Source of the DNA: Marsupella aquatica
Lineage: Eukaryota; Plantae; Marchantiophyta
Assembly: GCA_973895155.1 (NCBI GenBank)
Contig: OZ316893.1
Coordinates: forward strand, 17,178,670-17,242,669
Direction: 5' to 3'
Length of the DNA stretch: 64,000 nt
Within the stretch, counting starts at the first letter, position 1; each line of letters opens with the position of its first letter. The notes under the pieces are model-generated. The model saw only the letters and a list, made by a program, of their open reading frames with translations. It did not search any database and was not told where the DNA came from. This document shows, one piece after another, positions 26,228 through 38,372 of the stretch. The position numbers were made by a program, and so were the translations under genes.

Positions 26228-27254
26228 ATGCAACAAAGCAAGAGAATGAGTCTCTCCTAGATCAAGTCCAACTACTCAAGCAGGACATCGACCGTCTGAG
26301 GATGAGGACGGTCGCTCCAAGTCCCACTCAGGAGGGTCCGGCAAGCGTGCCAGACATTAGCAGTGGCCGGCAGGGCAGGTTTAGAATAGAGTTAGGATTA
26401 GACAGGGAGGACGGACACTCAGACAAGCGCCAAAACTAGTTAGTGGCGCTTTCCTCTTCGACCAACCTCACTTAGCGTAGGATCTTAGAATAAGACACCA
26501 TTTTTTGGCCAAACAGTTAGAGGAATTTAGGTTAGATTAGATTTGGGCGTTGTGGCCATTCTTGGCCGCGGCCTTTAGTTAGTATTTAGTGCACCCCCCG
26601 GTAGAGGCAGGGGGATTTTAGGTTCAGAACCAAGTGTCCGCATGATGTGCGGGGAGTCCTGACCTTCATGAATAGAGAGCACCAAGGGGTGAGTGTATGA
26701 CTAAGCTTGTCGGGCAAGTGTGGAGCCGGGCTCCATTGCAGTGTGCATCTCGCTGCCATTGGGCCTGCTAACTTAGAAGAAGTTGAGTCATCTGTATGTA
26801 TGTGAATATTTAACAGATTCTGAAGTAAAGTCTTCTCCCCATTATTTCCTTTGTGTAAATTGGGATTGTATGTTGTGACTTCTAGTCGTAGTTGTCAATC
26901 TTGTATATGGGTAGAACATGCTTGGCCGAATGCATTATGCAAGCTATGCATGGAGTGTTGGCTGCAAATAGTGGTTGCGAGCCCAAGTTGAACACCCGTA
27001 TCATTGGATCCGGATTGGAGGCGAACAACATGAAGGCTTAGAAGTCCTTAAGCCGGGGTTGATTGAGCTATTGACTTAAGGTACATTCCGGCGATGGAAC
27101 ACAAAATATACCTATGATATGTGTAAGTGTAGTATCGGGCGTGCTTAGCACCGGGTTTGTTTGCACATCCCTCCTTGCCCGAATCCTCAATACTAACAAA
27201 GTTTATGCCAGTCTAAGCCAAAATCCGTGTAAGAATGGATCTTTTGGTGTGACA
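26228..27254 (+). mobile_element. Remainder of gypsy A: end of the coiled-coil ORF and probable 3' LTR
   Basis: In-frame continuation (E-T-)DATKQENESLLDQVQLLKQDIDRL. Ends ...GTGTGACA where homology to the ParB gene starts. LTR start not located. Confidence 0.6.
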
Positions 27255-29136
27255 CAATATTTTGCAATTAGTGGTCAACACTCAACTATGGCCACTAGGA
27301 AAATCATTCAGAGTTCCCAAACGCAACCATCTATGGTTGAGACTGCCAACCTCCTCAAATTCTGACTTGCAAGAATTGTCAAGGGGTCAACACCTATTAA
27401 GGTGTTGGTTGAGATTTCACATGCAAACAACTTGCAGGCTGAAGCGCATTGTTTCTCATCACCATTCATCAACCAAGTCAGGCATACAAGAATGCAATAT
27501 TCAAAAATGGATCAAACAGTTTGGCCAGTTCCATCAGGGAACTTGGCACAATCAGAGTTGTTGAATTTTCTTAAGACTGTAGTGAATGTCCTTGCCAACG
27601 ACTTGGTGACTGTCGTGATTATTGTGCACCCAAGTCTCTTGCTGACCAGAATTATTGAAGCTGTCACTGATCTACCTTCGAGTTATAATGCTCATCTGGA
27701 GTATGGAAGCTATTGGAAGAGTGCAAAAGAAGTCCGCTCATCGCATTTCATGTCGGGTATTATTGAGTCTATTGTTTTGCTTGGAGTCTCCTAGGAACAA
27801 GAACCGGATTGGGAAAAACATTTCAAAGGGTTTCAAGGTCATTTCTTGGCTAAATCTGTGGATCAGCTTGAGCTTGCAAGACTAGCCAATGAAGATTACT
27901 TTGGCCTTTCCAAGCAAGAGGTTGCAGCAAAGCAAAAATCTGCTCTTGGAAATCACTTGCAAAGACTCATTCCTTTTTGGACACCCGGTGGCAGAACCTG
28001 TATATCTAACATTAAGCATTGCAAAATTATCAAGGCAATCATTCTTCAATTTTCCAAAAAGGAAGAAATTGTATTTGACTTCTTTACTGGTGGGCAAGTT
28101 TTATTGAATGCCCTTCGTCTAGAAAGGGAATGTTTCTCTTTTTGTTTGGAAAGGGCGGATGTGAGACCTTACGGCTTATGTGGAGAATCTCAAGTCGTTG
28201 AAGGGTGTTGCACAATTCTCAAAATCCTTATGGAAACTTCCAAGAGGGGAAGGCAGCTCAACGCAAAAATCTAATGCAAGTGGGGCAAAGGAAGGGAGGC
28301 ACTATCATATCATTGGAACAATCTCCCAATTATCATAATTGTCTAGAATTTGATAACAGATTTTCTGATCCTTGTGTTGGTAGGATTAATGTTGGCAAAC
28401 AGATTTGCCATCCTTTGGAATTTGGTGAGGTCCAAATACCGATCTACCAATTAGGGAGTTTCAAAGGACCTCGATCTCATGGAGGAAGAACACCACGATG
28501 GTGGAATAGCTCTATCTCTTCCACAATCTCATAGCCCTGTGTGCAAGCCTTGTGTGGGGTCATTTGGCGAGGTGGACTCAATTGTAAATGATATCGCACC
28601 GGTCGTGCCTGAGGATCCTTCCGATTACCTTTGGGTTGTAACTTGAGTTCAAGAAGCCGTTAACATCATCAATCCATCCCCTCCCCATACTTGGGCAGAA
28701 AATTGGAGTCCCTACGAGGTTGAGTCTGTCATCAAACATTTTGGTAATATTGTCGTGGAACTTGTAGTGGAGCATGCAAATGAGGCAGGTGCCAATTCAC
28801 TCTATCCCACTTCTCACAACTTGAACAATGATATATGTGGCAATAGACTTTTGACTCAACCCTGACTTGGAACATGATTTTGTTTTGTCAACGTACAATC
28901 AATGGACGCGTCATGACTCACCGCAAGATGGCATGTCCAGGTCCTGAGCGATGGATAACTTCTGAAATTCTTAATGCTTATTTTGGTCTGATTGCTTCAA
29001 GAGCATAATCCACGGGCAGCGAGCTCCCGCAGGTTCATCTTTTTGATACTTGGTTCTATTCTGAACTTGTTCAAGGTGGATATAAGTATGAGGACGTCCA
29101 AACATGGACCTCAAAATTGGAGTACTTCTTAACTGA
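27255..29136 (+). pseudogene. Decayed, internally deleted paralog of the ParB-MTase-Ulp1 gene at 30850-35523
   Basis: YFAISGQHSTMATRKII, LVEISHANNLQAEAH.FSSPFI, EYGSY, EEIVFDFFTGGQVL, and Ulp1-region HLFDTWFY. Many stops. Confidence 0.9.
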
Positions 29137-29630
29137 TGTAGAGATGGTCATGGTTTGTGACGCCGATGACATGGTCCTTATTCTATAATCTGATTAACTA
29201 GGCTGTTGTATGCAAGGAGTAGCTATTGATATTGCATAACAATTAGCAAGCTGGCACGAATAAGGGCAATCATGGCGTTAAGAGTAGGGATAAATGTATT
29301 TCAGCTTGAAGACTGCACAACCAAGGCAAACACAATTGAGGTAGTCACTGTCAAGGCCATAAAGGAGAAATTGGGGAAGAGAGGATTCAGCTCTTCAAGC
29401 ATACCATCTTCTTGACAAGCAAGATGGAGCATGGAGGCTCTTCAAGACGCCGGTACGGAGGTAGGCGTGGTAATTCAAGGAAGCGAGTCTCCATAGCTGA
29501 ATATGAAGTTGTGGGGTATGGTGATTGTGCTCAGGATGAAATCTAAATGTCTTGGGTGTGTAGCTTCATTTTGTTAGTTAGGTTAGTGGTTCATAGTCTA
29601 GTCTTAGAATGTTAGGGAAATAAAAGGCTA

Positions 29631-30675
29631 TGTTGCGGGTGGTCGGCGACCATATCTCATTCAATACATCACCAAATCCGGATCTGTAAAGAGCATTGGA
29701 AAGATCTGGTCAAGTTGAGTAAAATCGATATAAAACACTCGGGAAATGGAGGTGTATTAAGGAAGATACGGCCTGATTAGTGTGACCGGTTAACTTGTGG
29801 CCGGAATTAGCAGATTCGGCTTCGGTTTCGGGTTAACCTAAGCTCGACCACGGCTTAGCTTATGTGAGCACGGCTTCAGCTTAGCTCATGTAAGCACGGT
29901 TTCAGCTTAGCTCATGTAAGCATGGCTTCAGCTTAGCTCATGTCAGCACAGCTTCAGCTTAGGCTTAACCCGGGTTTGGATTAGATTGATCCCGGGTTAG
30001 ACTGAACTCGGGTTTGGGTTAGCATAGGTAAGTTCGGGTTCGGGCTCAGCCTAGCCTAGGTTAGCGGATAGCGGGTAGCAGCCTAACCCGAGACCACGGG
30101 TTAGGTCTACTCGGGTTAGATAGGATAGCTAGATTAGCCGAACTCGGGTTAGCTATGTAACTCGGGTTAGCATAGCAGTGAGTACCCCCTCTCGGTTGCG
30201 GGGGCATAACTTTCTCTGTATTTGCCCAAATTGGCTATAATTGACCTCGTTGGAAAGAGGAGCTCAAGCCGCTTCCAACGCTGCTATCCACGCAGCAAAT
30301 GGTTGAATAGAGAAATCGGGAGAGGAGGTGCAAGCTCGCAAAAACCATGGAGGAGGGCCAAATCAGAAGTACATAGTCAATTCGAGATAGAAATAAAGTT
30401 GCGAGTTAGGGTTCAGTAGTTAGAGATAGTGGCGGCTCTGTTAGGGCTGGGATGGGGCTCCAACAGCGTAGTATCCACCCATTTGGGCTCAGTATGAGAG
30501 GATATAGAGCAGCCCCCCCGGTAGAGGCAGGGGGGACTTCAGTTGTGTGATCTCACGTAGACTGAGCAGCAGGGAGGAGCTCTGTGCAAGGAAGGCTGGG
30601 CTTGGAAGCTGTGTGCTGGGGAGAGCTTGGTTGTGCTATTACTCAGGGAGTAATCAGCCACGCTTCACAACAACA
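29631..30675 (+). mobile_element. Probable LTR (TGTTG...CAACA) of another retroelement
   Basis: 5-bp inverted ends, internal tandem repeats, and a TATA + CCCCCCGGTAGAGGCAGGGGG motif shared with the gypsy A 3' region. No TSD found. Confidence 0.5.
29868..29962. repeat. 26-bp tandem repeat, about 3.6 copies
   Basis: GCACGGCTTCAGCTTAGCTCATGTAA units at 29868, 29894, 29920 and 29946. Confidence 0.9.
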
Positions 30676-30849
30676 GTTGGCCAGGTTTGCAAGCTAGATT
30701 GTGGCTCTTTCTAGTAGGCAACACAATTGGGTTCTTTTCCCCCGAGACAGAGCCTTGGTGATAGGTGATGTGTTGGTGATTGTAAACTGTGGGGAGGATT
30801 TCAATTCAATTTGCGGTGAGCACATTAGGAAGGCTGAGACACTGATTGA

Positions 30850-33800
30850 TGGGCAGCAGGAGGAACATTTGAGTCAGAAAATGAGGATGACGGAGAGGAG
30901 GGAAGTGTCCAAGAAGAGAGCAAGAAGACTTTTCAGAATCGGGCGGGGTCAGAGAATGAGTCAGAGTCAACAAGTTTAGAAGGTGGAGTTGAACCAACCA
31001 ACGATGATGTTGAGAGTGGGGAAATTCAACTCCCCCCAGCAAAGCCTCCAATAGAGAAGCGATACGCAAAGACTTCAAAGGGAGTTTCGCCCAGGAAGGG
31101 GAAAGCTGGTGTCGTGTCAGAGTCATCCACACCCAGTGGGAAGAAAAAAGTAGTGGACAAAAAATCACCATCAGGGAAACTAGGCCGGAAGAAGGTTGAT
31201 TTTGACAAAACAAAAGAAGAAGCTAAACTACCTCGGAAGAGAGTGAAAGTCATTGATCAAGCAGATGAGCTGCCTGCGGCGAAAACAAGCCGCAAGAAGG
31301 TTCAACGGGAAGAACAAAAAGAAGACAAGAAACCATCTCGAAAGAGAGTTCTTGTTTCTGACCAGCGCGAAGTCGTGCCTCAAGTGAAAGGTGGAAAAAA
31401 CGTATCTCCGGTTGATAAACAAGAAGAGGCAACGTCTTCTCGAAAGAGAATTCAAGTTGTCGAGGAAGTGCAAGGAATCAAGGACAGAATACAAAAATCA
31501 AGCAAAGCAAGGAAAGTCGCTTCACCAGCAAAACCTGAGGAGGAGAAACCATCTCAAAAGTCTCGGGTTGGACAGAAATCTGCGTCGGTCAGGAAGAAAG
31601 TTGAAAAGGTCGAACCGGAGATCAGGACGCTGAAGCAAAAGGGAGTCGTAAAAGATCCTTCACCAAAGGGAAAGAAAAAAGCAAAACTTGATGTTGAATC
31701 AGTAGTTGTGGAATCAAGGGCAAAGCCTCCTAAGCGAAGGGGAACGACCACAGAGTCGGCTGAAATTGTTGTGAAAACTCCCATGGTTAGAGTTGTGGAG
31801 AAGAAGGCCCCAAATGTTGAGAAGAAGGTTGTCATCACCTCTCAAGCTGTCGTTCACAAGCCCAAGAAAGCAAAGAAAAATCAGGAAGCTGTGGATATTG
31901 ACGAGAACCCTAGTTCCGCGAAGCTAGTTGTTGACCGTGCTCGTCTGGAGACTGCAGAAAAAACATTGGAGTTGAATAAGTCTTGGTATTGTTTTGGGAT
32001 ATCCAAATTTTTTTCTGTCCCGATTGAAAACATCCATCCCCCTCCTGCAAAGATGAATGAGAGACTCCTCAATGAGGAGCATGTCAACCATCTTGCGCAA
32101 CTGATGATGACAAATGCAGGGCAAGAACCTTTACCTGCAGATTTGGTTCCTTACAAGATGATCGACGGAGTACCGAGTTTAATTGACCTTGCGGGAAAGG
32201 ATATTGACACCAAGAAGCTTGCGGAATTCAAGTTCTTTGCCATCAGTGGTCAACATTCCACAATGGCCGCCAAGAAAATTATCCGGAGTTCAAAGACCCA
32301 ACCATCTCTCATGCAAACAGCCAATTTGCTCAAATATCGTCAAGCGCAAATTCTCAAAGGGTCAACTCCGGTGAAAATTCTTGTGGAAATTTCACACGCG
32401 AACAACCTTCAGGCGGAGGCACATCGGTTTTCATCTCCATTTATTGACCAAGTGAAACATGCAAGAATGCAATACAATGATATGGGGCGACCAGCTCGTC
32501 CACTTCCATCGGGTCGGAAATCTCCAGAATTTCAGGTAGGTTCTCCATGAGAGTTGTGAACAAAATTCAGACACTTTGTCCTTCTCTCCTTTCTACGCGA
32601 GAGTCGTGTAGAGCCTTTCCAGTATTTTGGGATTCAAAACTTTGAGCAAGCTAACTTTGAGTTGTTTGGTCTTTCCTCTCAGGAGTATGAAACACTTGCG
32701 AAAGTTACGTTAAAGGTGAATAGCATTAGCGAGTACAATTGGATTTTTTTTGCTCCAGAGAAGCTCTACTCTTTATGGAGAGAGGTTTGCAATAATTGGC
32801 TCAAGGGTAATCTTTTGGATTCAACCGGACAAATGACTGGAAAATTGAAAGAAGCAAAACAGTTGACAGGGACAACATTCCGGGTTTTTGAGGGTGCCAT
32901 AGAATCCGACATCTTGGAAATCCTCCACAAAGTGAATTTTGGGGAGGCGCTTTTGATGAAAAAGAAACATGCTTTGACTGATCTTCCCGCCATGTCAGAA
33001 TTGGCAAGAAAAGAAAAGAAAACTGACAAACTTAAGGGGGCAATACTTCAATTTTATCGGGAGAAGTACGAAGGGGTTTTCTCGCAAGGATCAACTTGGG
33101 GTGATGTAGTTCAGCAATATAATTTCATTGATGAGGAATTGGATCGTTGTTGTGCAATGGTGGACACTGGATATTTCAAGAGCCTTGTGAAGGTGTCATT
33201 AAAAGCAGAGATGCCGGAGCCACTGAAAAATAGGTTGAGAAATATTCACCAAAAGAGGTTTGGCGGCTATCTCCATGCAAGAATGGATCCTTACCGAGTT
33301 TTCTATACTGGAAATCTGCTCGCGTCTGCTGATCCTCCTTTTGATTCGGCTAGCTGCAAGGAGTCAATATTGGCATCTCTAGCGATTGTTGATTTGACCC
33401 ATACTGGAAACCGGTTTGGACGCAGTCCAAAATCTTGAACTTCTTGAAGATCGTCGTGAATATCCCAATCTGGTAACAGTTGTTTTTTTGTTCGTCGTGG
33501 TATTATTCTTGCAAGAATAATTTAAGTTGTTTGAGATCTCCCAGAGAACTATAATGCGCACCTTGAATATGGTTCATTCATGAGGAGTTATTTGGTTAAT
33601 GCTCCTTCGCAACACATGAGAGGCAATGCGGACATGGTTCTTTTCCTTGGCGTCTCCCAAGATCAGGTTCCTGATTGGGAAAAGCATTTCAAGGATTTTA
33701 CCTGTCACTTTGTGTTGGAGGAGTCCGACCTCGAGGAGACAATCAAGCCAAGTCGAGAGGATTATTCCAATATTTCGAAGGAAGATATGCAGGAGAAAAA

Positions 33801-35523
33801 AAGGGACACATTGATCTCACGACTTGAAGGCCTTGTTCCTTTCAAATTGATGACTGGACGGTCATTCACATTGAATATTAAGCCCAGTCGCATCCTGCAG
33901 AGTTTTATTCATGCATTTTCTTCGAGGGAGGAAATTGTCCTGGATTTTTTCACAGGAGGGCAGGTATTGAAGAATGCATTGATGCTTGAGTGTGAGTGTT
34001 TTTCATTCTGCTCTGACCGTGAGGATGTCTCTGACCTCATGACTTATGCAAAGAATCTTAAATTGTTAGTTTTGGTTGCACAGTTTGCCAAATCATTGTG
34101 GAAACCTCCTGGCCTTGAAGGGAGTTCGACTCAGAACTCCAATGCTAGTGGAGCAAAAGAGGGCCAACATTATCAGATTGCCGGTATAGTTTTACATTAC
34201 GCCGGGGTGGAAGCGGAGCAAAAGTTTCTAAGTTCCATTGGGGAGATGAGAATTGGTCCATCAGTCGTTCCAATTGCAAGTTGCGAAGGATTTCCTCTTC
34301 TAATGGCTGAAGGAGGTTATGGTTTGGCAAATAATTCTGAAAACTTACAGGCAGGCACGGGGTTGATTGCGTTCAACAAAACTCTGGAAGATGTTGTGGA
34401 TGATGTCTCCCTATACACGTATCGTGTAGATCCTCAAAATTTGTTTGACCCTCCAGGGTTAGAGTGCAACAAAGGTGTTAAGCAATCTCTTCTGGTTGAT
34501 GCTTTAGTTCTTCGAAGTGGCCCAGTTTTTGATGATTGTGAGGCAAAAACTACACTCGAGGATGTCGAGAAGGGGGTGGTGGATTGTGGACCCTTAAAAG
34601 AGATTGTTGTGGAGGAGGTTGGGATTGTGGAAAAAGATCACACTCCGATTGAATTTCAATGCGATGACAATGTTGACTCTCGTAGCGCTGAAGTAACAGG
34701 ACAGAATGATAACTCATTTTCTCTCACATCGAATCTTCCTGAGGTGTCAGAGAGGCAAGTCGATTGTGCGGAGGCAACCAATGAGGCAGGTGCCAATTTC
34801 CTCTCTCTTGTCTCAAGTCATAAAGTTCTAAACATAAACAAATGTCCTCTCCCGTCTCCGGATCCAATGGATAACAAAACGAGGATTGAAAATTGCCTCA
34901 GTGATCTGTTGGATCAGGATGCGGTTCTAGTCAAGACTAATGGGTGCCTAGTAACTCGTGGACAAATGAGGTGCATGAGTCCTAGAAATTGGATAAGTTC
35001 CGATATTCTAAATGCCTACTTAAGTCTCATAGTGGAGAGGAATGAACATTTCGACAGGGAGCTTCTGAAGTGCCATGTGTTTGACACTTGGTTCTATACT
35101 ACACTGACGTCAAATGGCTACTCTTACCGATCTGTGGAGGCTTGGACTTCACGACTGAAATATTTCTTAATTGATTGTCATCAAATATTTGTCCCCATTC
35201 ACGAAGGTAGCGATCATTGGGCGTTAGTTGTGATTGACATGGAACACAAGTATTTAGAATATCTCGAATCTCTGCATAACAATAGGCCAGAGGTTCTTGA
35301 AAACTTAGCCAAATATGTCAAGGATGAAATTCAAAGCAAAAGTCACAAGCAAGTCTTAGCTACTCTATGGCCAAAACATAGTCCCAAGGACATCCCAAGA
35401 CAAACTTATTACTATAATTGTGGTGTGTTCGTTATGAAGTTTGCGAACTACCGTAGTTTGGACCTTCCTTTTGATTTCACAGGAGAGGACATAGATTTGG
35501 AGAGGAGAGAAATCATTTTTTAA
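30850..35523 (+). pseudogene. Multidomain gene: K/E-rich N-terminus - ParB/Srx-like domain - degenerate N6/N4 DNA MTase-like fold - Ulp1 (C48) SUMO protease
   Basis: VPIENIHPP..NERLLNEEHVNHL..FFAISGQHS (ParB-like). LAIVDLT..FSSREEIVLDFFTGG (MTase-like). WISSDILNAY..FDTWFY..IFVPIH..HWALVVID..RQTYYYNCGVFVMKF (Ulp1). Intron from ~32537; disruption near 33420-33580; 5' end lost. Confidence 0.75.
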
Positions 35524-35689
35524 GTCTATTCAGGAATAGATTAAGCTTTCCTCCGCAATACAGTGATTTCTGCATGAGACGCGTGTAGAGGGTGACAGAC
35601 GGGGTATTTGATTTCAAGGACTGACTTGACTTCAAATGGTCTTTGGTCAAGACTGTTCCAATGACTAACCATCCGGATTCGATATTTTT

Positions 35690-36866
35690 ATGTTTGTAGA
35701 GTTTGTTCCCAAACTCCACTCAGAGATCAAGCAAAAGCTCTTGATTTTTGACCTTAATAAAGTTTGTTTTGATTCCGTAAAGAGTAAAAGCTCCGGACCA
35801 TTTCGGAGGCTCACATCTGTGAGGGGCATTCACTGGGGAAGATGGGGCGGGATTTATGTATGTGGAGCGTCCAGGACTTCATAAATTTTTACAAGTGATT
35901 TTCAGGTATTACGATGTCGCGATTTGGACTTGCGCGGGAAGGCTGAGAACAAATGAAATGATGGATCTTGTTTTCAACGATGCTGAACGAAAGCAGTTCA
36001 AGTTTGTATTCACCCAAGAAGAAACATTTGACACTGGCTTTTTGAGGTCAGATATTACAGATGGGAAGACAAACATACTTCTTAAGGAAATCCAAACTAT
36101 TTGGGATCGTTTTGGCAATAGATATGGTCCGACAAATACTGTTCTCATCGATGACTCTCCTCTGAAGTGTTTCGCAAATCCAAATGTTAACACGTTATTT
36201 CCAGTTCCATTTGTTCACAACATGGGAGGCGACACTTTTCTAATGGAGATATTGCTTCCACTTCTTCAAAGAATGCACAATGCTTTTGATGTAAGACACT
36301 TTCTGAATGTTAACTACCCAAAATGGTCCACCTACAATAAGGGTGAAGCCCAAAGGAGGCATTGTGATATCTTTGCAGGACTCACTCAAGCCTGGGGGCA
36401 CCGCGTTGCTGGCATCGTCGATAATTTCACTGTCCTTGATCACACGGCAGACGAGATTTCCTGGGAAGTGAAGCATACCGTGCAAAGTTCGCCACCGGTG
36501 TAGGATATGAGTGACCGTGACATCAATTCAATTGCTAAAGGTCTACTTGGAGATGGTTATTCCGGCCCATATTTGCAAAATAAGCGGCAATTTGTTTGGG
36601 AAGTCCTAAAAACTAGGGACCTTACTTCTAAGTTTAAAAACTTGTATCCTAAAGACGCTTGCAACCGAGATAGAAAGTTTGATAAGTCAGGAAGTAGACT
36701 TACTTGCTCAAATATGTTTTGTAGCAACACACATTCAATGATCGTTATTAAAAATTTGGAGACTTGTAACATTGAGGGGAGGCCTATTACAAGTAAACAA
36801 TTGTTATGGACTTTTGTATGGTTCCCGTTAGTGGGTGACAATGAAAATGTGACATTACTCATGTGA
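35690..36866 (+). pseudogene. FCP1/SCP (NIF-family) HAD phosphatase-like gene
   Basis: KLLIFDLNK (motif I variant), ERPGLHKFL..YDVAIWTCA, LLKEI..IW, NTVLIDDSPLK..NP. Frameshift at ~35860 and stop at 36501. Confidence 0.85.
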
Positions 36867-37073
36867 CTATTCTCCACCAAATTCGTACGCCAAAAATGTA
36901 TTTTACATGGATTTGGAAATTTCAACTGGTGTTTAGGAAACTTGAAAGAGTGTTCTAGAAATTCCAGTTCCAAGTTTTGAAAACTTCATTTAAGTTTGTT
37001 GGATAATGTATTTATTTAATTTGGAAATTTTACCAAGCCACTTTGGAAAAAAGAATTTCCAGAATTAGTGAAA

Positions 37074-37538
37074 TCACTGATACATGCAATCGTCGTCCAA
37101 TCCAGCTTTGAACCTATCCTCATCCTGTCGAAACCCATCCTCTCGATCCAGAAAAAAATGAGGTCCGGGATAGCGACTCCGACTCTGGTCGTTCGGGATG
37201 TTCGAATCTGAAAAGCTCACACGTCCGGTGTCTGCTTGGATGTCTCTGAAAAAAGCTGTCCTTTCCACCCGATACACATTGGAAGGATCCGGGTCGTGAA
37301 TAGAGAACCTCTCTCGGAAAGGAAGTGGAGGCGAAGGATCACGTGACAGAAGGTGTCCAGTTCTGTGGCTAATACCCTCATCCGGGGCTAGCCACAACCT
37401 GTTCCTCTTGGTCGACGTCTCTGGGCACTGCGTAAAAGACAGAGTCAAATCTAAACCCAGATCTCTAATCAACCTCCAAACCATCGCCTTTGGCGGATTG
37501 CAGCTCTCCGATTTTGCTATTTGCTTCCCCTTATCCAT
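37074..37538 (-). CDS. Hypothetical 154-aa ORF (MDKGKQIA...)
   Basis: Open ATG-started frame within the cargo block; no recognisable domain. Confidence 0.35.
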   Translation of the reverse strand: MDKGKQIAKSESCNPPKAMVWRLIRDLGLDLTLSFTQCPETSTKRNRLWLAPDEGISHRTGHLLSRDPSPPLPFRERFSIHDPDPSNVYRVERTAFFRDIQADTGRVSFSDSNIPNDQSRSRYPGPHFFLDREDGFRQDEDRFKAGLDDDCMYQ

Positions 37539-37579
37539 TGAGTCAATGGAAACAACGAATGCAAAACTCAGGGAGAAGA

Positions 37580-37672
37580 GAAGAGGTGAGTCCGGGCAGA
37601 CCAGAAACGAAATGAAGGGAAGAGGTGAGTCTGGGCAGTGCACAAAAAAAATGAAGGGAAGAGGTGAGTCGG
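37580..37672. repeat. 39-bp-period repeat with core GAAGAGGTGAGTC, 3 copies
   Basis: Cores at ~37580, 37619 and 37658, just upstream of the 37538 ATG on the minus strand. Confidence 0.8.
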
Positions 37673-38372
37673 TGCCTCACAGAAACGAAAGGGAGAAATG
37701 CGTTTAGGGTTGAACAAACACGAAGTTGAACAAACCCAAAGTTGAACAAACACTACACTTTGAGAGAGTCCAAACAATCATATCAACCACAAACAAAAAT
37801 ACGTACAGATTGAAGGTATAATTATTCACCGTACAACTGTACGAGTACATGCATTTCTGATATCTGCACAAATATGCACTCAGGAAAGAGACTTATGGTG
37901 CGTCTATCTCCTTTAACGGCTCAGATCCGAACATCCAGTTTAATAGCGTCGGGCGCTAGTATAGGTTCCAAAGAAAACCTTAGAAATTCACACTCAACCT
38001 ACTCCAAGTCAGAAGACTCGGACTCGCTACTGCTAGACCTATCGGTAGACTTGGCTTCATCATCTATAAATTTGCTTCTAGGTCCATCGTTGAGTAAAGG
38101 CTGATGGATGAATTTCCTATCTGAACCTCTCCTTAACCTTAAGCCCTTACTCTCCCAAGTAAGTGTTCTCCTCTGTTCTTCTTTGCGTGCAGCATATTCT
38201 GCATACGAGGGCAACACGAAAGGCTTCTGAGGAGAAACGAGAACCTCCAAAGATTAAAACGTTCTTGAAGATTCCACTCCGATCTGGAAGAGGAACGGAA
38301 CCACATTAGAATTGAAAATGAAAATGGGACAGTTCCAGAATTGATAATGTAAAGTGAAGTAGCTTACGGGCA

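Noticed and set aside
37999-38283. Possible extra 3' exon of the minus-strand ParB-MTase gene
   Set aside because: Candidate splice sites do not join to the 37999-38250 frame convincingly.
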